From NCBI RefSeq assembly GCF_006345805.1, contig NC_042999.1:161448001-161512000 (forward strand): a DNA stretch of 64,000 nt, given 5' to 3'. Below are positions 1 to 14,089 of this stretch, piece after piece. Below the pieces are notes generated by a model. That model saw only the letters and a list, made by a program, of their open reading frames with translations. It ran no database searches and was not told where the DNA came from. Position 1 is the first letter of the stretch; every line of letters starts with the position of its first letter. The translations under genes were made by a program, and so were the position numbers. This DNA comes from Octopus sinensis (lineage: Eukaryota).

Positions 1-317
1 TCCTGTTCATTAGTGTACTTCGTGTACGAAGTGCATTCACCCAACGTAAGATTGAGTTACTGGTAGGAACAGCCTGATTTTGGTGGATGCTGAGGTGGCG
101 CTGAAACTCACGCTGAACTGCTGTGACAGACTCGTTATTCTTCACGTAAATGTAGTAGGCAAACACGCGATGCTCTATCGTCCACAATGCCATAGCTCCA
201 CTTGAAGAGAAAATGCTAAGACAGTAGGACCCAATGGTACCTGTCGGGCATATGTCCCTCCCACTGGGGCTGAATAATAGCCATTTCAAAAATGTCCGTC
301 CTCTCTGCCCCACTCTG
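1..317 (-). mobile_element. 5' end of a Tc1/mariner-superfamily DNA transposon (DUF4817-type HTH transposase N-terminus), running off the window
   Basis: Minus strand from ATG at 193 reads MALWTIEHRVFAYYIYVKNNESVTAVQREFQRHLSIHQNQAVPTSNSILRWVNALR, typical of DUF4817 HTH transposase N-termini. The terminus TA|CAGAGTGGGGCAG lies at 317-319. Confidence 0.7.
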
Positions 318-329
318 TATATATACATG

Positions 330-513
330 CACGAAGGGTATCGCGAAAGGTTTGATTGGTGGCCCAACCTTCCGAGTTCTTTAACAGGGTTTAGAAAAAC
401 TGAAGAACCGCTACAATAAGTGTTTGAATCTGAGAGGGAGATATGTTGAATAAAATCATAATTAACTGATCCTCCTGTATAGCGAAAGCCACGGACTTTT
501 CAGCACCCTCGCG
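330..513 (+). mobile_element. Internally deleted mariner remnant
   Basis: Encodes a mariner-like C-terminus (KLKNRYNKCLNLRGRYVE*). Degenerate inverted ends CACGAAGGG... / ...CACCCTCGCG|TA. Confidence 0.55.
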
Positions 514-1696
514 TATGTATGAACAAATTATGACAACATGTGTAAGTAAACGTAAGTAAAGAAATCCATTAACAAAAAAATGATAATAATAATAGTAATA
601 ATAATAATGGAATATATTATATTAAAAATCTGTAATATATGCAACAATATATATTTTTTTCTTTTTGGCTCATATTTGGTATCCAGTCTTCATGTGGGAC
701 AAGGAGTAAGACTTGTGTACTCTGCTGCAATGGGTGTATCTACCAGATGCAAAGAGTCTTATAAAAAGTAATAATTTGAGAATTTTAAAAAAATGACAAA
801 TAACAGAAAAAGAGAGTAAAAAAACTATGTGAAATTTGAAATAGGAACAAAATAAATATTAACATCATAAATGAGAGTTTGTTTTTAACTTAAAAAGTTA
901 AAATAGATTATTGTTATTATTACAATAGGGCTGTTGAATTTAAGCTATGTGGGAAAAACTCCTGCTTTTTTTTTAGAAATTTTACTGATTGTTTGTTTCA
1001 GTTAGCTTTCCTTGCAAAGTGTGTTTACATAACTGTGAAAGAACATTTACAATATATGCATATATATATATATATATATGCAGATTAAATCCATGAAAAT
1101 ATACGAAATTTTGGAAAAATCAAGTATTACAGAAATGGATTTGAGTGATTCTGTGTAAGTATGTATGTCATTGTTCAGTTTTATTTCAAGATGTCTTGCC
1201 AATAGAGAAAGAGCCGGTTTCTAACCTAGATTCAAGACTCCTTCATTGGAGTTTCAACATTAACAACAGTGTATTTTTGTTTGTTTGTTTGTATGTATGT
1301 ATGTATGTATGTATATGTACAGATTAGTTTGTTTTGCTTTATGTATGTATCATCATGCATATAGTTGCACATCTAGACATGTTCATATATATTTAAATGC
1401 TACACCTCTGGAAAGGTTTACAGATTTTTACAGTTCCAGTGATGGATTGGATCTGTAATCTTCGAATTAGCTTTCTCCTTTCTGGTTTTGAGAGGCCTAA
1501 TTTCTCAAGATTGGTTTTTAGGCAGTGTGTTACCTATCCTAGGGCCCTAATAATTACAGGTATAAACTTGAACTTGTAATCTGGACAGAGTAACTGCAGA
1601 TTCCTCAATAGTTCAGCGTAGGCATTTTCTTTTTCACTGATCTTTCAGCTTTATGTTAACATCCGCTGAGCAGCTAGATTCCACAACTGTGCACAG

Positions 1697-1935
1697 TATG
1701 TATGTATGTATGTATGTATGTATGTATGTATGTATGTATGTATGTATGTATGTATGTATGTATGTATGTATGTATGTACGTATGTACGTATGTACGTACT
1801 GTATGTATGTATGTTTGTATGTATGTATGTATATATGTATGTATATATGTACGTACGTACGTACGTATTATGTATGTATGTATATATGTACATACTACGT
1901 ACGTACGTATGTATGTACATATGTATGTATGTGCA
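1697..1935. repeat. (TATG)n microsatellite, degenerating distally
   Basis: Direct reading of sequence. Confidence 0.95.
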
Positions 1936-2437
1936 AGTGTGCGTGTGTGTGAAAATATTTATACACAAATTGAAATGAAAAAGAAAATATAATTTCAAAA
2001 TAAATATGTCATTTTAACAAATTATCGAAACGATCCAGTAAAAACAATAAATAACGGTAAGGTAGTGGGGGCGTTGAAGGGAAGCAACGGTACTCTCGTG
2101 AGAGCTATGCGGGAGAAGCTATCACGTTATAAACAAGCATATTGTTGTTATGGTATAGGTGGTAAATAGAAAACGTAACAATTAAGGCTTGCTTCTGAAC
2201 GAATGTAGAAGCATTTCTCTTGTGTATGGTTGCGGAGCGTGTTGAAAATGGATTAAATGTTGAATTTAAAAGTGTGAAGAGGAAGAGTGTGTCTGACAGT
2301 TCGAGGCGGGGAAGGGAATAAAAAATATATCAAAATACAGGATTCTCCTCATATCTTCCTTTCTATTTGCTTCGTTGTCTGTTTATTTAACTTTGAATTT
2401 TTCTATACATTTATGTATATACCTCTACATATTCATC

Positions 2438-2813
2438 ACCAACCACATGGTTCCGGGTTCAGTCCCACTGCGTGGCACCTTGGGCAAGTGTCTTCTACTA
2501 TAGCCTCGGGTGACCAAAGCCTTGTGAGTGGATTTGGTAGACGGAAACTGAAAGAAGCCCGTCGTATATATGTATATATATGTATGTGTGTGTATGTTTG
2601 TGTGTCTGTGTTTGTCCCCCTAGCATTGCTTGACAACCGATGCTGGTGTGTTTACGTCCCCGTCAATTAGCGGTTCGGCAAAAGAGACCGATAGAATAAG
2701 TACTGGGCTTACAAAGAATAAGTCCCGGGGTCGAGTTGCTCGATTAAAGGCGGTGCTCCAGCATGGCCGCAGTCAAATGACTGAAACAAGTAAAAGAGTA
2801 AAAGAGTAAAGAG
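2438..2813 (+). mobile_element. SINE family A (tRNA-like head, internal TA/TG tract, GTAAAAGA tail)
   Basis: B-box-like GGTTCAGTCCC and 3' end GGTGCTCCAGCATGGCCGCAGTCAAATGACTGAAACAAGTAAAAGAG. More than seven near-identical copies occur in the window. Confidence 0.9.
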
Positions 2814-2834
2814 AATATATACATACAGAGTGCA

Positions 2835-3185
2835 GAATGCTAAGAAGAAGCGTTGTGCCTTACCCTGAGAGGAAGTTGCTTTCCTTCGGGCGTTGACCAG
2901 GATCCTTTTTGTTTCTCACTCCTGCATCTAACACATCTATGCCTCTACGGATGCTGCAGTGCGCAGTAGGAGCCACATACTGATTCCTGCTTTATACTGA
3001 CCTGCTAAACTACGTGAGTGAACCTGAGGGTTGGGATTGCTGCAGAGTGTCCAAGATAGTATAGATTCAACAGCAAGGACGTCATCCGAGACATATCTGA
3101 AATCCGTAAGAGGAGTTTTAGAATAGACACAAGGAATCTCAGGACTTTGAATAAACAAGGGAAGCTCGTCAACTTAATCCTGATA
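2835..3185 (+). mobile_element. Possible 5' fragment of an RTE-like LINE (5' UTR plus start of APE domain)
   Basis: DTRNLRTLNKQGKLVNL at ~3127-3177 resembles the APE N-terminal motif GTWNVRTL. The fragment is cut off by a (TA)n tract. Confidence 0.35.
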
Positions 3186-3523
3186 CCCTTAATACAGATA
3201 TTATCGGTATATCTATATCTATAAACAATATATATATATATATATATATAATATATATATATATATATAATATATATATATATATATGTATGTAGGTATT
3301 TATGTATGTATGTATGTATGTATTATGTATGTATGTATGTATGTATACCAAATATATACGTTTTATTTACTTTTTTGTACATTACTTAATCATTGTTATA
3401 TTTTTTATCTTATATTTAAACTTTCTATAATATGTAATTTTTCTAAATGGTATAATTTAATTTTCATTTTTGGATTGATAAAAGGTGGTTTTTTTTAATT
3501 TATATATATATATACTATATTTT

Positions 3524-3738
3524 TTTTATAGAAGGAGCTTCTACAGGACTAGAACTGTTTCATTCAAAAGAAATCATCAGGAAGCTCTGTTTCATTCAAA
3601 AGAAATCATCAGGAAGCCCTTTCTTTTGAATGAAACAGTTCTAGTCCTGTAGAAGCTCCTTCTATAAAATAAATAATTTACTCTGCTATGTATTGAGTAC
3701 CTTATTTACTGTGGTTAACCCCGACTCAACCCGGGACC

Positions 3739-3740
<2 letters not shown>
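3524..3740. repeat. Fold-back element with 50-bp perfect arms; Penelope-like terminal fragment
   Basis: Arms 3524-3573 and 3620-3669 are reverse complements. A 32-bp tandem duplication (3555-3586, 3587-3618) overlaps the loop. Flanked by (TA)n. Confidence 0.8.
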
Positions 3741-3787
<47 letters not shown>

Positions 3788-4470
3788 TATATATATAATA
3801 TACATATATATATATATATATATATACATATATAAATATAGCACACATATGCATATTAACCCATACAATATACATGTATATATGTATATATGTATGCATG
3901 TGTGTATATGTGTGTGTTTATGTGCATGTATGTGTGTGTATGTATGTATGCTTGTTTATATGTATACACGTATATTTGTATGTTTTATATGTGTGAATGT
4001 TTGTGTGTATGTATGTATGTATGTATAAGTTGCTAATCCTTTTAAGTAGTAGTATGGAGGAAGTAAATAAAGTTGAAAATGCACACAGTGTGTATAAGAT
4101 GATTTATTTATATTAATACAATACACGCCCCAAAACTACAAAAACATGCAATATTGTCCATGAAAACATTCCATTCTCAAGACAAGACCCAAAAAGGGAA
4201 AATATTCTCAAAATACGTTCAAATGATCAAAAACGAAAGAAGGCCAAAACACCCCAAACTTTACTTAGCACCAAATTACCCACTGAAACATTAACTGCGG
4301 GGATACGAAAAAAACTGCAGGACCTGAATCAGCTTCGTATAGGACATATCTAAGAAATTATATAAGGTGGTAACGTCCAGGTTTTCTCGGTACTCTCACA
4401 CGACATAGTCAATAATGTAACACAGCCTTAACTTTTAGGACCCTAACACGCTAGTACTACGCAGAGCTAA

Positions 4471-4867
4471 TCTTTATATATAAATCTAAAGTTGTGTGTC
4501 TCTCTCCTACGATTTAGATTCCTAACTACTCCCACATTTTGCGGTGCAGTTTAACCAAAACCGGGTATCTTATAGTCGTGATTCATATCGAGCCCTTCTG
4601 GGTATTAGCGCGCGTCTACGATGAGTCTACGATTTTTAAAATAATTTACCATCATTTTTTTCCATTTTAATGCATTTTTTCGCTATTATATAAGGGAAGT
4701 AACTCTCTAAAAATGTCTACGATGAGTCAACGATTTAAAAAAAAATTTACCATCATTTTTTTCCATTTTTAATGCATTTGTTTGCTATTTTTTGGCTATA
4801 ACTCTCTAAAAATGCTTATATAGTTATTTCCCTTACAAACCCGAGCAACGCCGGGCGATACTGCTAG
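4471..4867 (+). mobile_element. Non-autonomous Helitron (family H1)
   Basis: A|TC 5' end (TCTTTATATATAAA), 3' hairpin CCCGAGCAACGCCGGG then CTAG|T. Inserted in AT with no TSD. Confidence 0.85.
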
Positions 4868-5137
4868 TCGAATTCTAAAACTGATCTCATGACTATCATC
4901 AATCAATCAAGCTGTATCTTAACTGATAAGAAATTTAGCCATAATCACTTCATAAATAAGATCAAATTTTCAAACTCCGATCAAAATCGAGAAAAATAAC
5001 GATTAATTCCAGATCACCCTGTCCCCGCAGTATTTTTCTGGTGTCTATCTCGCAATACTTTTGAAAATTAAGAAATCATGAAACCAATTGACTTCAAGTG
5101 CATTTTTGCTCCCTCTCTGTCCCCCTCTCCCTCTCTG

Positions 5138-5184
<47 letters not shown>

Positions 5185-5332
5185 CTCTCTTTCTTCCTCC
5201 TCTTCTCTCTCTGTGTGTGTTAGCGCGCGCGCACGTGTATGAAGATAAGACAAGTACTTTTAAAGATATGAAAAACAAAGAACATTGACTGAATAAAGGA
5301 TTCAGTCAATGCGTTTTGTTTTTTATATATAA

Positions 5333-5710
5333 CTAGCAGTATCGCCCGGCGTTGCTCGGGTTTGTAAGGGAAATAACTATATAAGCATTTTTAGAGAGTT
5401 ATAGCCAAAAAATAGCAAAAAAATGCATTAAAAATGGGAAAAAAATTATGGTAAATTTTTTTTAAATCGTTGACTCATCGTAGACATTTTTAGAGAGTTA
5501 CTTCCCTTATATAATAGCGAAAAATGCATTAAAATGGAAAATAATGATGGTAAATTTTTTTTTAAATCGTAGACTCATCGTAGAAGGGCTTGATATGAAT
5601 CACGACTATAAGATACCCGGTTTTGGTTAAACTGCACCGCAAAATGTGGGAGTAGTTAGGAATCTAAATCGGAGTAGACAGACACACAACCTTACTTTTA
5701 TATATAAAGA
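5333..5710 (-). mobile_element. Non-autonomous Helitron (family H1)
   Basis: Same termini as 4471-4867 in the opposite orientation. Confidence 0.85.
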
Positions 5711-5751
5711 TAAGTGTACTCTGTACTATGATAAATATACTCTGAATATGC

Positions 5752-5989
5752 TTTATTCTCTCTTTACTCTCTTTTACTCTTTTACTTATTTCAGTCATTT
5801 GACTGCGGCCATGCTGAAGCACCGCCTTTAATCGAGCAACTCGACCCCCGGGACTTATTCTTTTGTAAGCCCAGTATTTATCTTATTGGTGTCTTTTGCC
5901 GAACCGCTAAGTAACGGGGACATAAACACACCAGCATCGGTTGTCAAGCAATGCTAGGGGGACAAACACGGACACACAAACACACACAC

Positions 5990-6044
<55 letters not shown>

Positions 6045-6211
6045 TACGACAGGCTTCTTTCAGTTTCCGTCTACCAAATCCACTCACAAGGCTTTGGTCG
6101 ACCCGAGGGCATAGCAGAAGACACTTGCCGAAGGTGCCACGCAGTGGGACTGAACCCGGACCCATGTGGTTGCTAAACAAGCTACTTACCACACAGCCAC
6201 TCCTGCGCCTA
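5752..6211 (-). mobile_element. SINE family A, full length
   Basis: Runs from head (TAGGCGCAGGAGTGGCTGTGTGGTAAG) to GTAAAAGA tail on the minus strand. Confidence 0.9.
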
Positions 6212-6481
6212 TTCTGAGTATATTTTTTGTAATAGTTTAAATAGATACGCCTTTATTTGTAAAAACTTCGAAATCACTGTCCACTAAATAATGTATGTAT
6301 CCATGTATTTATGTATGTGTGTATGTATGTGTTAAATGTGTGTTACGGCAGACTTCCCTTTCTAGATACGCGAAGTGTATATTAATGTTGGTAGGATATC
6401 CGATTTATAAAATGCTGTCTGATGTTCAGTACTGAATTTTGTTCTGTTCCCGAAGAGAAAACTCGGAGTTTATTATTAACA

Positions 6482-6482
6482 C

Positions 6483-6533
<51 letters not shown>

Positions 6534-6562
6534 CAACAGTAGTAGCAGCAGCAGCAGTACTA

Positions 6563-6613
<51 letters not shown>

Positions 6614-6614
6614 A
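6482..6614. repeat. (TAG)n microsatellite
   Basis: Direct reading of sequence. Confidence 0.95.
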
Positions 6615-6725
6615 TTAGAAGACGTTGTAATGCAAAATAAAAAGTACTCAGATAATCTTTGAGGAATCGAGATTTTTAGAATATCAAAGTGTGCATTGTG
6701 GTCTGGAAAATGACAACTCTCTAAT

Positions 6726-6821
6726 TCATCCATTGAGGCTTCTGTAAACCTCTCTGATTGTCCACCTACACAATGTAACTGTCGTTTTCTGCAACCGCGC
6801 TTCAGTCAATATGTCTGATAT
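6726..6821 (-). CDS. Candidate coding exon (possibly terminal) of a minus-strand host gene: ISDILTEARLQKTTVTLCRWTIREVYRSLNG*
   Basis: Non-repetitive sequence with acceptor ctctaactttcattcaatttag|ATA. Phase 0 matches the phase-0 donor of exon 29734-29958. Confidence 0.4.
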   Translation of the reverse strand: MSDILTEARLQKTTVTLCRWTIREVYRSLNG

Positions 6822-7127
6822 CTAAATTGAATGAAAGTTAGAGTAAAAGGTTCTGTTATTCTCTTCCATTCAAATAAATAAAGCGAAAATTTAAAAATAC
6901 AGTGTTTATGGACGTCTGTTGACTTGCAATGTAATTCATCACCGTCTGTTAAAATATACGAGATTCTGCATGAATGGCTAGTTTAGTGAAGGTGGGAGGA
7001 GGAAAACATAAGATATTGAGGTGAAGGGGTGAATGGCAAAAAGAGATGGATAAATGCTGGAAGGTTGGAGACAAAGCAAGGTAGAGAGAGAGAGGGGGGA
7101 AGCGTACTAGAGGAAGGAGTATGAAAT

Positions 7128-7163
<36 letters not shown>

Positions 7164-7533
7164 ACGAAAGAAAGAGGGAATGGATGTATATGAAAACCAG
7201 CAAAGAGAAAAGAAGCTGTCAAGATATAAGGAAAAGAGAGAAAAGATATGAGGAGATACAATAGATTATGAATACATGAGGGAGCAAGACAAACGAAGAG
7301 AAGAAACAAAACAAAAAAGAAGAGAGATGTTGTGAGACGTATGTAAGATTGAATATGTACATATGAGAGAATGTGTGCATATGTGAGAGAGAGATAGAGT
7401 GAAAAATTAGCTGATTAGATGACAAAAAGTAAGGGAGACAATGCGAGATGAAAGAACATCATTTAAGAAGTGAGAGAAACAGTGTGAGAGATGCAACAAG
7501 AGAACAAAAAGAAAAAGAAAGAGAGAGAGAGAG

Positions 7534-7633
7534 NNNNNNNNNNNNNNNNNNNNNNNNNNNNNNNNNNNNNNNNNNNNNNNNNNNNNNNNNNNNNNNNNNN
7601 NNNNNNNNNNNNNNNNNNNNNNNNNNNNNNNNN
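7534..7633. other. Assembly gap (100 N)
   Basis: Run of N between (GA)n and (TA)n tracts. Confidence 1.
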
Positions 7634-7692
<59 letters not shown>

Positions 7693-7711
7693 ATATATAT
7701 ATATATATATA

Positions 7712-7856
7712 CGACGGGCTTCTTTCAATTTCAGTCTACCAAATTCACTCACAAGGAATTGGTCGGCCTAAGAAGACACTTCTTCAAGTTGTCACAAAGT
7801 GGGACTGAACCTTGAACCATGTAATTGGGAAACAAGCTTCTTACCACACAGCCACA
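7712..7856 (-). mobile_element. SINE family A, diverged 5' fragment
   Basis: Similarity to other copies. Confidence 0.7.
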
Positions 7857-8002
7857 CATACATGTATATGCATGTAGACACACACGCGCACACTCTTCAG
7901 AAAATTTGACCCCTCCACGATTTGTAGCGTTACATAATTTGGTTACGAGTCACCTAAAAGAGTGACAGACAAGCAAAGTGACAGACAGACAGACAGACAG
8001 AC

Positions 8003-8138
<136 letters not shown>

Positions 8139-8431
8139 CCAAGTCCACAGGAATAAGGACAAGCTTATATACATATGGTTAGACAGGCATATAAATAGAC
8201 AAGTAACCAAACAGTTAGACAGTCAGATCAAGACAGAAAGATAGATGAATAGCCACAGTCTTATATTTTATGTCAGCCATGGCTAACGAATGATTCTTCT
8301 ATTACTATTTGAAGGAAAATTAGATGAGACCAGTATTAGGTGATAAGAGGGCAAACATGTGTGTGTGAGTGGGTGACAGTGTGATTGTGTCTGTGTGTGT
8401 GTGTGTGTACGTCCGTACAAGTGAGTGTACC

Positions 8432-8466
<35 letters not shown>

Positions 8467-8730
8467 AAGTGTTTGTGTGTCTACTTCTCTTTGGGTACAC
8501 AGATATATGTATGCACGCCTTTATATGCGTATGTGTGCATGTATGAACGCACACCTTCCCCGCCCCGCACGGACATACACACGCACACACGCACACACAC
8601 ACATATACAAACTCAGTCATACAGTCCAGGAAAATAAGGGAAATATATCTGTATATGTAGATATATATATATATATATATATATGTGCATGTGTCTATTA
8701 TATATAAATATGCGTATGTACACATATACA

Positions 8731-8761
<31 letters not shown>

Positions 8762-9035
8762 TTTTGACCTCATGTGTTTATTTCCTCCCTGACTGGGGTT
8801 CCCGTGGTCTTTTCTGTAGGCTTTTCTTCCCACGGATGAACCCAATCTTGTTATATCAATGTTTACAACCATATTTTCTGTGATACACGATTTTCTTTTT
8901 TTTTCCTTTTTTTCCTCCCCTCGATCCCTTTTGATCGCAATCTTACATTTTTATTTTTTTCCACCCTCGAAAAGAAAAGCTCTGCATTTGTATTGTCCCC
9001 TCTGTATTCAGCCCTGTGTGGCTAATAAAAGAAAG
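8762..9035 (+). mobile_element. 5'-truncated 3' UTR copy of the Tx1-like LINE
   Basis: Matches the reverse complement of 26041-26380 (CCGTGGTCTTTTCTGTAGGCTTTTCTT... CAGCCCTGTGTGGCTAATAAAAGAAA). (TATC)n lies on both sides. Confidence 0.75.
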
Positions 9036-9039
9036 TTAT

Positions 9040-9111
<72 letters not shown>

Positions 9112-9218
9112 GATATAATATATACATACCTACATACATACATATTAATATATATATATGATATATAATATATGCATACCTATATATGTCTATATATGCA
9201 TACATGTGTATATATGCA

Positions 9219-9257
<39 letters not shown>

Positions 9258-9818
9258 TATATATATACGCATATATATGTGTATATATATGTGTGTGTAT
9301 ATATGTATACGTATATTTAAATATATATATATATACATACATAATACGTATATACGTTATATATACATACATATAAATATATATGTATATATGTGTATGT
9401 ATATATATACATATATACACTCTTACATAGATACAAACATTACTACATACATACATCTATATGTGTGTATACATATATTCACACAATCACACACATACAC
9501 ACACATTCACACACATACACACACATACATACACACATATACACACACGCACGCACACACACACGCGCGCGCATGATCGTGACTGCCTGAGTGGCTGTAT
9601 AGAGGCTGTGTCTGCGTGTAAGCTATTTAGATAATCATTCGATATTTGATAGACCTTAATGAATGTTCACCACGCAACATCAAGACTTGTAGCTTTTTAT
9701 TTATGACACCACTGCTGATATTATTCATACACAAACACATACATAACATATGCATATATATATATAATATATATATATATACATATACATATATATATAA
9801 TAATATATATATATACAT

Positions 9819-9854
<36 letters not shown>

Positions 9855-9930
9855 ATTATATATATATATATGTATGTATATATATATATGCATGTATGTA
9901 TTATATATATACATACATATATATATATAT

Positions 9931-9969
<39 letters not shown>

Positions 9970-10229
9970 ATTATATATTAAAATACATATATTATATATA
10001 TATACATATATTTGTATATATATATATTACACATATAATATATATACATTATATCATATTATATTGTATTATATTATACTTTTATATTATAGATGTATGT
10101 GGTGTGTGTATATATATTTATATATTAATATACGTGTGTTGTGACTGCGTGTGCCTCCTTATGTGTATGTATGTATGCATGTGTGCATGTGCGCGCGTGT
10201 ATGCATTCATACGTGTGTGTGTGTTTTGT

Positions 10230-10261
<32 letters not shown>

Positions 10262-10562
10262 TGCGCTTGTGTGTATACGCATCTGCGAAATATCTGCGCA
10301 CGCGTATGAGGAGAGTGAGAGACATATATTTGAATGTTTGCGTGTACGTGAGTCAGCGCGTGAACGCATCTCTTTCAACCTACCCCCCCCCCCGAAATAC
10401 ATACAGTACTTGATATATAAATGTATATGCGCACAAATGTGTTTCTCACCGTGTACATTTATATATTATATATTATTATATATATATATTATATTATATA
10501 TATATATATATTATATATTATATATATATATATATGTATATTATATATATATATGTATATAT

Positions 10563-10607
<45 letters not shown>

Positions 10608-10848
10608 TATATATATATATATGTATTATTATATTATAATATGTATATATATATATATATATGTGTTTGTGTATGTGTATGCATGCATATACATGTATAT
10701 ATATGTGTGCGCACAACACACACATGCATGCCAGCATGCATAGATACACATGTATAAATGTTATAATTGTGCAGCCGGACTTACGTACATTTTTGGGTCT
10801 TAAACATCCCATCCTTCATAGCCACACATGCACACATACATAAACAGA

Positions 10849-10902
<54 letters not shown>

Positions 10903-10962
10903 CTTCTTTCTATCTCTATTTCATCTTCTCACTCTCCTCTCTATCGCTCTCTCTCTTCTCTC

Positions 10963-11009
<47 letters not shown>

Positions 11010-11157
11010 CAAACACCCGCGCACACACACATTTGCGCAGAATCGGGCGTGTATATAAAACAAAAGCGGAACAAACACCTCTTTCATGATACTTCGACCC
11101 ACGAGTTACACTTTACTGCCCACCATAAACCTCCTGCAAACATTATTAACCAAACTT

Positions 11158-11345
11158 AAGGCGGTGAGCTGGCAGAATCTTAAAGCATTGGAATAATGCA
11201 TAACAGTACTTACTCTGGTTCACTGCTTTCTGAGTTCAAATCCCACCAAGGTCAACTCTGCCACTGACCCCCATCCTTCTGGGGTCGATGTAATTGACAT
11301 ACCCCCAACGCCTCAGAATTGCTGGCCTTGTGCCATAATTAGAAA
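11158..11345 (+). mobile_element. Diverged SINE family B copy
   Basis: GCGGTGAGCTGGCAGAA head and TGAGTTCAAATCC B-box, similar to 35379 and 51358. Confidence 0.65.
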
Positions 11346-11424
11346 GAAGTACTAATCAAACATGGAATTCTAAGCACAGGCGAGTCCGTAGGTGCGATTG
11401 TGGAGTCAAGAAACTTCCCAAATG

Positions 11425-11465
<41 letters not shown>

Positions 11466-11606
11466 CCGTGATCACCGTGACCGACCAGGCTATCAGATGT
11501 TGCTACACATTGCTGGTCACAATGCGCTTCGCATTGTTTTAGCCTTCAAATGACGTCACCCCGATGGCTAAGCGAGCAGGCCAATATATATATATATGTA
11601 TATACA

Positions 11607-12823
11607 TTAGCTTGTTTCACATGAAATGTCCTATTTGAAAGGTAACAATAAAATGTTTCAGAAGTGTTAGAGACCTGATTTATTTAATCAAAGTATGATC
11701 CAGGTTCATTTACGACCTTTACCCAACTTTTCTCTATGTCATATATTCCATCTTTAAAACAAAAATTCATCTTCTGCTGTGATAAACTGCCCGAATACTT
11801 CAATTACCTCTTCTCTATTTAAGAATGTTTTATTGCTTATGAAAAGCTCAAAATGCTTAAACAAGTGATGATCTCTAGGAGAGATGACAGGGGAAAAGGG
11901 AGGATATTGAAAAGTCTCATAATTCAGGCTTTGCAACTTTTGGACTGTAGCTCGAGGACTGTGAGGATGTGCATTGTCGTGGAGTAAAGTTGGGCCATCT
12001 CTATTCACTAGTCTGGGTTGATTCTTTTTCAAATTCTCATGCATACAATCAATTTTGGGGCAATACGATGTTGCTGTTACCGTTTTTCCTTGTTGCAAAT
12101 ATGAATAATGAATAACCCGCTTTGCCCACCAACATACAGTGGCCACTAACTTTTTAGGGTGCAATGGTGGGTTTGGGTAGTGTTTAGGTGACTCTCCTGC
12201 ATCTAATCACTGTCTTGTTCTCCTGCTGTTGTCAACGAGTATCCATTTCTCATCATGATTTGATGCAAAAATGGGTCTTTTTCCAGCCGAGAAAGCAATA
12301 AGGAGCACACTTCGAGGCGTCTGTTTTTTGTTTTTTTTTTAATCTCATTCAGTTGATGTGGAACAAACCTATCCGCTTTCTTGACTTTTCCAATTCTTTA
12401 CAACTGTCCAAAAACAGTTGTGCGAGATGTTCTCTCGGGTTTTGTTCAACCAAAGCTGGTAATCCATCATGCCGAGTAACTGATTTTGGCCTACTCCTTG
12501 GTTTATTTTCAAGGCTATCACCTCCTGAACGAGAGCTTTGGAACCATCCCTGAACAGTTCTGATCTCAACAAAAACATTACCAAAGGCCTGCTTGATATT
12601 CCATAGAGCTTCTGCAGCAGAGTGACCCAGTTTTTATTCATACGAGAAAATCACTCAACATAGTTTGGTTATCATTTTCATAAGGTCTGTGAGTACGAAT
12701 TTTGTATACCAATATTGTTGGGAAAGAAAAAGAGTAAAGATTAAATGCAGGGTAAACATAACTGAGTTTTTAAATGACTGAAATAACAATTAAAAATGTG
12801 ACATTTTATGTGAAACAACCTAA
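11607..12823 (-). mobile_element. Mariner (DD34D) transposon, full length but degenerate
   Basis: TIRs TTAG(C/G)TTGTTTCACAT(G/A)AAATGTC at both ends, TA at the right end. Transposase fragments include LLHDNAHPH...34 aa...PRDHHLF and IVDNSRRTR-like HTH remnants; frameshifted. Confidence 0.9.
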
Positions 12824-12835
12824 TATATATATATA

Positions 12836-13324
<489 letters not shown>

Positions 13325-14089
13325 AAGAGAGGAAGGAGAAACTGATGCAAATAAACTAATAAATCGCTTGGGCTAGATATATTAAACAAATATGCATATA
13401 TACATGTAGAGAGAAACAAAGACTGAAAACATAGTCGGTGAACATTCATGTAGAAATATATAGATGTGAATATATTAGCAGAGAAGATTTACACAGAATG
13501 CAAGGTCACAAAAAGAGCTAAAGGGAGAAGGTATGGTATTACAGGTCTAACAGCTGTTTCTGGGGTCTCAGAATTTTGTAATAATGTTGGCAGATGCAGA
13601 TTACACAAAGTCAAGAATATGCAACCAGGAGTGGATTCAGATAAATATTAAGTAAATCTGGCCTCCGTTTTCATGGTGGACAGAAAGGTCTCTAACAAAC
13701 ACCTATCTCTTAAACATAACGTTTCAGTAAACGTTGCTGATAGAATAAGAACGAGACTTTAAAAAAAATTAGGACTGGCGTCGATTTGCTCCCCTAAACC
13801 CTTCAAGGTGGTGCTTCTGCATGGCCACAGTTCAATGAGTGAAACAAGTAAAAGATGAAAGATAAATCTGTGAATAAAGCTGAGTGAAGCGAAAATCGCG
13901 GCAACAGAAAAAGATTGAACGAGGCGTAAGACAGAAGACAGGGGTACTGTTAACCCGGTATACAAGCAAGCTACAGTCCTAAACACTCTGTCGCCAACCA
14001 CCACGTTTAGGTCAAAAGAACAATGACTCTTACGCACAGACCGATTCCACGTTGTATGTTCCTCTGTAGCTATTCATCAGTTCCTTTCA

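Noticed and set aside
2835-3050. HDV-like ribozyme in the putative RTE 5' UTR
   Set aside because: I could not build the nested P1/P2/P3/P1.1 pseudoknot by eye; a descriptor search would be needed.
7534-7633. Poly-X stretch in ORF 7448-7693
   Set aside because: Assembly gap of placeholder length; nothing can be inferred across it.
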